This document shows positions 58,788 to 64,000 of a stretch of DNA of 64,000 nucleotides, piece after piece. Source of the stretch: Myxococcota bacterium (GTDB lineage: Bacteria > Myxococcota_A > UBA796 > CAJQPC01). Where the stretch lies: the NCBI GenBank assembly GCA_036229005.1, contig JAZAMN010000031.1:96001-160000 (forward strand), given 5' to 3'. The notes under the pieces are model-generated. The model did not search any database. It worked only from the letters and a program-made list of their open reading frames with translations, and had not been told where the DNA came from. The position numbers and the translations under genes were made by a program. The stretch's first letter is position 1, and every line of letters begins with the position of its first letter.

Positions 58788-58884
58788 GCACACGGAGGCC
58801 CCCTCAACGTGGAGGTCAACGGCGACTCCAGAAGGCCCGCTTCACCCCCGGGTGTAGACTCCCGAAAACCCCGGGAGTCCCCCC

Positions 58885-60033
58885 ATGAAGTTCGTCGCAA
58901 TCGGCCTGGGCGTGGTCGGACTGGCAGCCGCCGGCACCGTCATCGGCGCGATGGCCAGCGAGTACAACCCCGCCCCCATCGAGCCCGCCGAGCAGACCTG
59001 CGAGAGCCCCAAGCGCAGCATCCAGAAGGATGTCCCCTTTGAGATCCTGAGCTGGAACCTGCAGTACGGCGCCTCCCGAAAGTACCAGTTCTTCTACGAC
59101 GGCGGCGACGCCGTGCACGTCGCCCCAGAGGACGTGCAGTGGACCCTGGACGCCGCCTCCAAGGTCATGGAGGAGATCGACCCCGAGCTCTACCTGCTCC
59201 AGGAGGTCGACCGCGGCTCCAAGCGCACCGGCAAGGTCGACCAGCTCCAGGACTACTTGGCCGCCGCCGACACCGACTGCTGGGCCGCCGCGCCCTACCA
59301 CAAGAGCCCCTACGTGCCCGTCCCCAGCGGCGACGCCCTGGGCAAGGTCGACATGGAGCTCGCCCTGCTCTCCCACGCCCCCATGTCCCACGGGGAGCGC
59401 ATCCAGCTCGCCATGCTGGACGAGGCCCGCGTGCGCCGCATGTTCAACCTCAAGCGCGCCCTCCTCTGGGCCGAGGTCCAGGTCGAAGGCCTCGATCAGC
59501 CCCTGGCCATCGCCAGCACGCACCTGAGCGCCTTCTCCTACGGCGACGGCACCCTGGAGAAGCAGGTCCAGCAGCTCAACGACTGGATGGCCGCTCGGCC
59601 CCCCGGCCAACCCTGGATCCTCGCCGGCGACATGAACCTGCTGCCCCCCGGCGACGACAAGGACCGCCTCACCCAGGAGGCCGACCTCTACGCCGACGAG
59701 AGCAACCCCATCGAGCCCCTCTTCCAGGCCGGCTGGCAGGAGGTCTTCGGCGACGCCCAGCTCGACCCCGAGAACCGCACCTACGTGTCCTTCGGCCAGG
59801 CCGAGCCCGACCGCAAGATCGACTACATCTTCTACGGCGGCCCCATCCATGTCCTGGAGGCCGAGGTGGTTCGGGGGGAGGCCCTGGAGATCTCGGACCA
59901 CCTCCCCATCCGCGCCCAGTTCGTCATCGGGGACAAGCCCCAGCCCGCCAGCGAGGACACCCTGGCGCCGACCGAGCCCCCCGCCGATCCCGTGGAGCTC
60001 CCCGTCGACCCCGAAGCCCCCCTCAGCGAGTAA
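58885..60033 (+). CDS. Endonuclease/exonuclease/phosphatase family protein, N-terminally anchored
   Basis: SWNLQY, LQEVD, THLSA, AGDMN, IDYIF, SDHLP. Confidence 0.88.
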   Translation: MKFVAIGLGVVGLAAAGTVIGAMASEYNPAPIEPAEQTCESPKRSIQKDVPFEILSWNLQYGASRKYQFFYDGGDAVHVAPEDVQWTLDAASKVMEEIDPELYLLQEVDRGSKRTGKVDQLQDYLAAADTDCWAAAPYHKSPYVPVPSGDALGKVDMELALLSHAPMSHGERIQLAMLDEARVRRMFNLKRALLWAEVQVEGLDQPLAIASTHLSAFSYGDGTLEKQVQQLNDWMAARPPGQPWILAGDMNLLPPGDDKDRLTQEADLYADESNPIEPLFQAGWQEVFGDAQLDPENRTYVSFGQAEPDRKIDYIFYGGPIHVLEAEVVRGEALEISDHLPIRAQFVIGDKPQPASEDTLAPTEPPADPVELPVDPEAPLSE

Positions 60034-60037
60034 GCAC

Positions 60038-61066
60038 GTGGACCTGCCCGAAGACTGGTGGCTGGAGCTGGACTGGACCGAGTCCGGCGACCTGGAGCCC
60101 CTGCTGGTGGCCCTCTACGCCGACCAGCCCGTCGAAGACGATGACGTCCGCGTCACCCTGGACCGCGCGCAGGCCTACGCCTGGCTGGACGCCTGCGTGG
60201 ACGCCGAGGCCCAGGACAAGGAGCACCCCGACCCCCTCAACGTCCTGCTCCCCGAGCAGCGCCGGGCCCTGCTGGCTCTCCACGAGCACGGCGAGGCCAT
60301 CGTCGCCGAGGCCACCCGCCAGTCCGCCGCGCTGTGGCGCGCCAAGGGCCAGAGCTCCCGCCCCGAGCACCTCACCCTGATGAGCGCCCAGGTCACCGAC
60401 CGGTGCGCGGACGGCCTGGCCTACGTCCTGCTCCAGTTCAGCTCCGTGCTGCACGTCGAGCACGGGCTCCAGGCCCTCTTGCTGGGCGACCAGGTCCAGC
60501 GCGTCGCCCATGAGATCCCGGAGCACAACCTCCCCGGCACGCCCCCCGCGCCCGTCCCCGCGCGGAAGGCCGAGACCCTGCCCGACTACATGCGGATCAG
60601 CGGCGGCGCCCCCGAGATGGGCGGCCTGCTGGACGACCTGCTCGCGATGGGCCTGCGCCCCAAGGCCACCGCTGCCGCCGCTGACGACTCCCCCCGGGCC
60701 TCCGATGACGACCCCCTCAAGGCCCTGCTGCGCGCCATGGCCGGCACCATGCCGCCTCCCGCCAAGCGTCCTCCGGCCCCTGAGCCCATCGGCGAGCCCA
60801 TCAGCGAGCCCATCCACGACCCCGAGCCCGTCGGCGAACCCGAGCCCGAGGGCCTGCTCCCCGAGGGGCTGCTCACCATCTGGGAGGAGCGCGAGTGGAT
60901 CGAGCTCACCCCAGACGCCGATCGCGCCAAGGTCCGGGCGGCGCTGGAGGCCCTGGTCGAAGAGCTGCCCGCGTCCAAGGTCGCCGACGCCGTGTGCGAG
61001 CTGGAGGGCGTCGAGGAGCTCTACGCCAGCGACGACGAGCTCGAGGAGTTCCTGGAGCTCTGGTAG
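60038..61066 (+). CDS. Acidic hypothetical protein
   Basis: Long ORF with GC3-rich codon usage; ends EELYASDDEL. Confidence 0.55.
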   Translation: MDLPEDWWLELDWTESGDLEPLLVALYADQPVEDDDVRVTLDRAQAYAWLDACVDAEAQDKEHPDPLNVLLPEQRRALLALHEHGEAIVAEATRQSAALWRAKGQSSRPEHLTLMSAQVTDRCADGLAYVLLQFSSVLHVEHGLQALLLGDQVQRVAHEIPEHNLPGTPPAPVPARKAETLPDYMRISGGAPEMGGLLDDLLAMGLRPKATAAAADDSPRASDDDPLKALLRAMAGTMPPPAKRPPAPEPIGEPISEPIHDPEPVGEPEPEGLLPEGLLTIWEEREWIELTPDADRAKVRAALEALVEELPASKVADAVCELEGVEELYASDDELEEFLELW

Positions 61067-61109
61067 CGCCTGGCACGCCCCCTGCAACCAGCCCCCGCAG
61101 GAGGTCCCC

Positions 61110-61634
61110 ATGTTTCTCACCCTGCTGATGTCCACCGCCCACGCCACCGTCGGCGCCGACATTGAGCTCCGCGTGCTCGGCTACGAGCCCGTCGACCAGA
61201 AGGTCTACCTGCTGGAGTCCGGCGGGGAGCGCGAGCGCCTGCTCTTCCGCAGCCCCGAGAGCCCCGACTGGGTCTGGGCCCAGAGCTGGAGCGGCCTGGA
61301 CGACGCGGTCTTCTACGAGCGCTTGGTGTCGCTCCAGGCCCGCTTGGAGCCCCTGGCCGAGGCGGACCTCAGTGGCCTCGCTGTCACCGAGATCCACACT
61401 GCGCAGGTCCCCTGCCCCCAGGTGCCCGAGGGGTGGGGCTGCCAGGCCTGGAGCATGCAGGTCCACCTCTCCCTGGGCTCCCGTCAGACCCAGTGGACGC
61501 AGGTCAGCAAGGGCCGCTCCGGGGTGGTCGGCGGCTGGTCGCTGCCCACCGGCGAGCTGCTGGTGATGTACCGGCATCTCGGTTTGATGTACGAGGGCGG
61601 CTACTTTGTGGATCGGGCCGCGCTGCTCAAGTGA
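61110..61634 (+). CDS. Exported hypothetical protein
   Basis: SD GGAGG; signal -AHA. Confidence 0.6.
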   Translation: MFLTLLMSTAHATVGADIELRVLGYEPVDQKVYLLESGGERERLLFRSPESPDWVWAQSWSGLDDAVFYERLVSLQARLEPLAEADLSGLAVTEIHTAQVPCPQVPEGWGCQAWSMQVHLSLGSRQTQWTQVSKGRSGVVGGWSLPTGELLVMYRHLGLMYEGGYFVDRAALLK

Positions 61635-61672
61635 CAGGGGCCTTGCCCCCTCACCCCGCTTCAAGCTATTCT

Positions 61673-61698
61673 CTTGACAAGTCAACCCCGCTGTCAAG
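61673..61698. promoter_or_regulatory. Inverted repeat upstream of parA
   Basis: CTTGACA-N12-TGTCAAG, with a nested TTGAC-AA-GTCAA. Confidence 0.5.
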
Positions 61699-61708
61699 GG
61701 ACTCCCCC

Positions 61709-62572
61709 ATGCGCAAGCTCCTCCGCTCCGGTCTGCGCCGCATCGTCGGCGAGGAGACCGCCCCCAAGCGCCCCACCCGGGCCAAGGGCCAGCGCCAGGC
61801 GATGGTCCTGGCTGTGGCCGCCCAGAAGGGTGGCGTCGGCAAGACCACCACCTCCGTCAACCTGGCCGCCGCCATCGCCCGATTCCACGGCAAGCGCGTG
61901 CTGCTGGTCGACCTGGATCCCCAGGGGCACGTCAACACCGCCCTCTCCGACATGGTCCGTGTGGGCGGCGGCTGCCTGAGCGACGCCCTGCTCTCCGAGG
62001 GCGCCATGGAGGTCATGGACGTCGCCACCGCCACCAGCCTCCCCGGCCTGGACGTCACCCCCGTCGACGCCTCCCTGGGCCACACCGAGGACCTGCTGGG
62101 CACCCGCATCGGCAAGGAGTTCGTGCTCCGCGACGCCCTGGCGACCACGCGCACCTGGTACGACCTCATCGTCATCGACTGCCCCCCCAACCTGGGCAAC
62201 CTGACCCTCAACGGGCTGGTCGCCGCCGACCAGGTGCTCATCCCCTGCGACCCCTCGCCCCTGGCCCTGTCCGGCGTGGACAAGCTGGTCGACGCCATCA
62301 CCCAGGTCGCCGCCCGGCTGAACCCCGAGATCGACGTCTCCGGCGTGCTCCTGACCCGCGTCGACGGCCGCAACACCACCCTGAACAACGCGGTCATCGA
62401 GCAGATCCACCAGACCTACGACGACGCGCTGCTGCCCGTGCAGATCGGGATCAACAACGCGCTCGCCAAGGCCCAGCACGCCGGCCAGGACATCTTCTCC
62501 TTCGACCAGAGCTCCCGCGGCGCGCAGCACTACAAGGCCCTGGCCGACCACTTCGTGGATCAGCTCCAGTAG
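61709..62572 (+). CDS. parA: ParA/Soj family ATPase (orphan)
   Basis: QKGGVGKTT, DLDPQG, IDCPP-LG, N-L-AD. Confidence 0.88.
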   Translation: MRKLLRSGLRRIVGEETAPKRPTRAKGQRQAMVLAVAAQKGGVGKTTTSVNLAAAIARFHGKRVLLVDLDPQGHVNTALSDMVRVGGGCLSDALLSEGAMEVMDVATATSLPGLDVTPVDASLGHTEDLLGTRIGKEFVLRDALATTRTWYDLIVIDCPPNLGNLTLNGLVAADQVLIPCDPSPLALSGVDKLVDAITQVAARLNPEIDVSGVLLTRVDGRNTTLNNAVIEQIHQTYDDALLPVQIGINNALAKAQHAGQDIFSFDQSSRGAQHYKALADHFVDQLQ

Positions 62573-62592
62573 CGCCCAGCCTGACCTCGCTG

Positions 62593-63552
62593 GTGGGAGA
62601 CCGTCCCGACAGAGCCCTCCCCAAGCTGGCGTTGGTCAGCGGTGGGGCCGGGTTTGTTGGGCATCAGGTCGTCCTCGCCCTCCACCGAGAAGGCGTCCGC
62701 GTCCGCGTGTTGGATCCGGCGCCAGCACACCCGGACTGGCCCCCCGGCGTCGAGCACGTCCGCGGCGATCTCTTGGACCCAAAGGTCCTCCACGAGGCCG
62801 CCAAGGGGGTCGAGGGGATCTTTCATGTCGCGGGCATCTGGGACCACCGCCCGGGCGGTCATGCCCGCATGCACGCTCTGAACGTGGGCGGCAGCGAGGT
62901 CATGCTGGCGCTGGGCATCCCCACGCTCTGCACCAGCTCCTCCATCACCTGCGGCTTTGGCCCCCTCCACAACCCTGGACACGAAGACCAGCCCAGCGAG
63001 GACCCCGCCAACCCCATCCGCGGCACCGGCAAGGTCTACCGACAGACCAAGCTGGCCATCGAGGCCCTGGCCCGCGACCACGGCGCGCTGCTGGTGAACC
63101 CCGACTACGTGGTGGGCCCCGGGGACCTGCACGGGGTGGTGACCGGCCCGCTGCTCCGGGCCTCCAGGATGCCCCTGATTCCGGCCCCGCGCGGCGGCAA
63201 GTGCTTTGTGTCGGCGCGGGACGTGGGCATCGGGCACGTGCTGGCGTGGCGGCACGGACAGCCCGGCCGCAAGTACCTGCTGGGCAGCGAGAACCTGCCC
63301 TATCTGGATGTCCTCCGCACCCTGGCCGAGCTCCAGGGGCGTCGCCTCCGCACCCTGCGCCTGCCCCGACGCCTGCCCGGCCTGCTCTCCCACCTGCCCG
63401 TCATCGGCGGGACCGCAGGGGCCATCGAGCAGATGAACCTGGCGCGCTACCGCAGCAACCAGCGGGCGCGAGAGGAGCTGGGCTTTGCCCCCGAGCCGGT
63501 GATCGGCGCGCTGCGGGCGATGGTGGCGGAGGACCGGGCGATCCGGCGCTGA
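62593..63552 (+). CDS. NAD-dependent epimerase/dehydratase (DFR/HpnA-like extended SDR)
   Basis: SGGAGFVG, GD, FHVAG, TSS, YRQTK, NP-V-GPGD. Confidence 0.85.
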   Translation: MGDRPDRALPKLALVSGGAGFVGHQVVLALHREGVRVRVLDPAPAHPDWPPGVEHVRGDLLDPKVLHEAAKGVEGIFHVAGIWDHRPGGHARMHALNVGGSEVMLALGIPTLCTSSSITCGFGPLHNPGHEDQPSEDPANPIRGTGKVYRQTKLAIEALARDHGALLVNPDYVVGPGDLHGVVTGPLLRASRMPLIPAPRGGKCFVSARDVGIGHVLAWRHGQPGRKYLLGSENLPYLDVLRTLAELQGRRLRTLRLPRRLPGLLSHLPVIGGTAGAIEQMNLARYRSNQRAREELGFAPEPVIGALRAMVAEDRAIRR

Positions 63553-63666
63553 CCCAGCGGGGACACTGGCGGGGGCCCTACAGATTTTCTCGCTCAGATT
63601 CCGCGCCGCGCAACGGAGCCGCCGGCTGACACGTGGGAGGGGTGCACACAGACTGGAGGTGCACCC

Positions 63667-64000
63667 ATGGCCCGGGCCTTTGACTCCTGGCGCGCGCTCT
63701 CGCTCTCTCTCTACATGGTCCTGACCGGCTACGCGGTCCTGGTCGGAATCCCCGTCGTCAGCGCCGCCTGGGTGGGCAAGCTGGGCTTCACCGAGGCCCA
63801 GGTCGGACAGCTCGCGGCGGCTGATCTGGGCGGCCTGTCCCTGGGGGCCGTGCTCTGCGCCTGGGTGCTGCCCAAGGTCAACCGCCGCCACGTCGTCCTG
63901 GGCGCCGCGGCGCTCGCAGTCGGCGCGAACCTGGCCTGCATGGCCACCCAGGACTTCGGCCCGGTGCTCGCCCTCCGCGCCACCGCCGGCGTCGCGTCCG
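63667..64000 (+). CDS. MFS transporter, 3' truncated by window edge
   Basis: SD GGAGG; MARAFDSW...LGFTEAQVGQLAAADLGG...NRR...LRATAG. Confidence 0.7.
   Translation, partial: MARAFDSWRALSLSLYMVLTGYAVLVGIPVVSAAWVGKLGFTEAQVGQLAAADLGGLSLGAVLCAWVLPKVNRRHVVLGAAALAVGANLACMATQDFGPVLALRATAGVAS

Overview
GC-rich, gene-dense bacterial chromosomal window with about 55 CDS. I saw no rRNA, tRNA, transposase, integrase or CRISPR array. MYXO-CTERM-like tails, DCDDxD/CDGxDNDC repeats, many lipoproteins, a Hanks kinase, FHA and an RpoH-type sigma suggest a Myxococcota-like organism (inference). Recognisable genes include two divergent photolyases, guaD, mscS, FKBP, lpd, MATE, nadE and parA. The main unusual signals are: (1) an ECF sigma/anti-sigma pair whose putative promoter GGAACC-N16-CGTGTA is repeated inside the anti-sigma gene, followed by an SD and an in-frame ATG with a signal-like peptide; (2) a 1724-aa adhesin/TraB-like polyprotein with an internal MYXO-CTERM-like tail and a second signal peptide; (3) a BCP peroxiredoxin lipoprotein with TGA at the catalytic Cys and a SECIS-like hairpin; (4) two copies of a non-coding element built from 31-bp-phased inverted 22-bp boxes; (5) an FHA-wHTH/kinase/OmpA/LysM-FecR/beta-barrel operon; (6) very short signal peptides across the window. 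All calls come from motif reading by eye; no searches were run.
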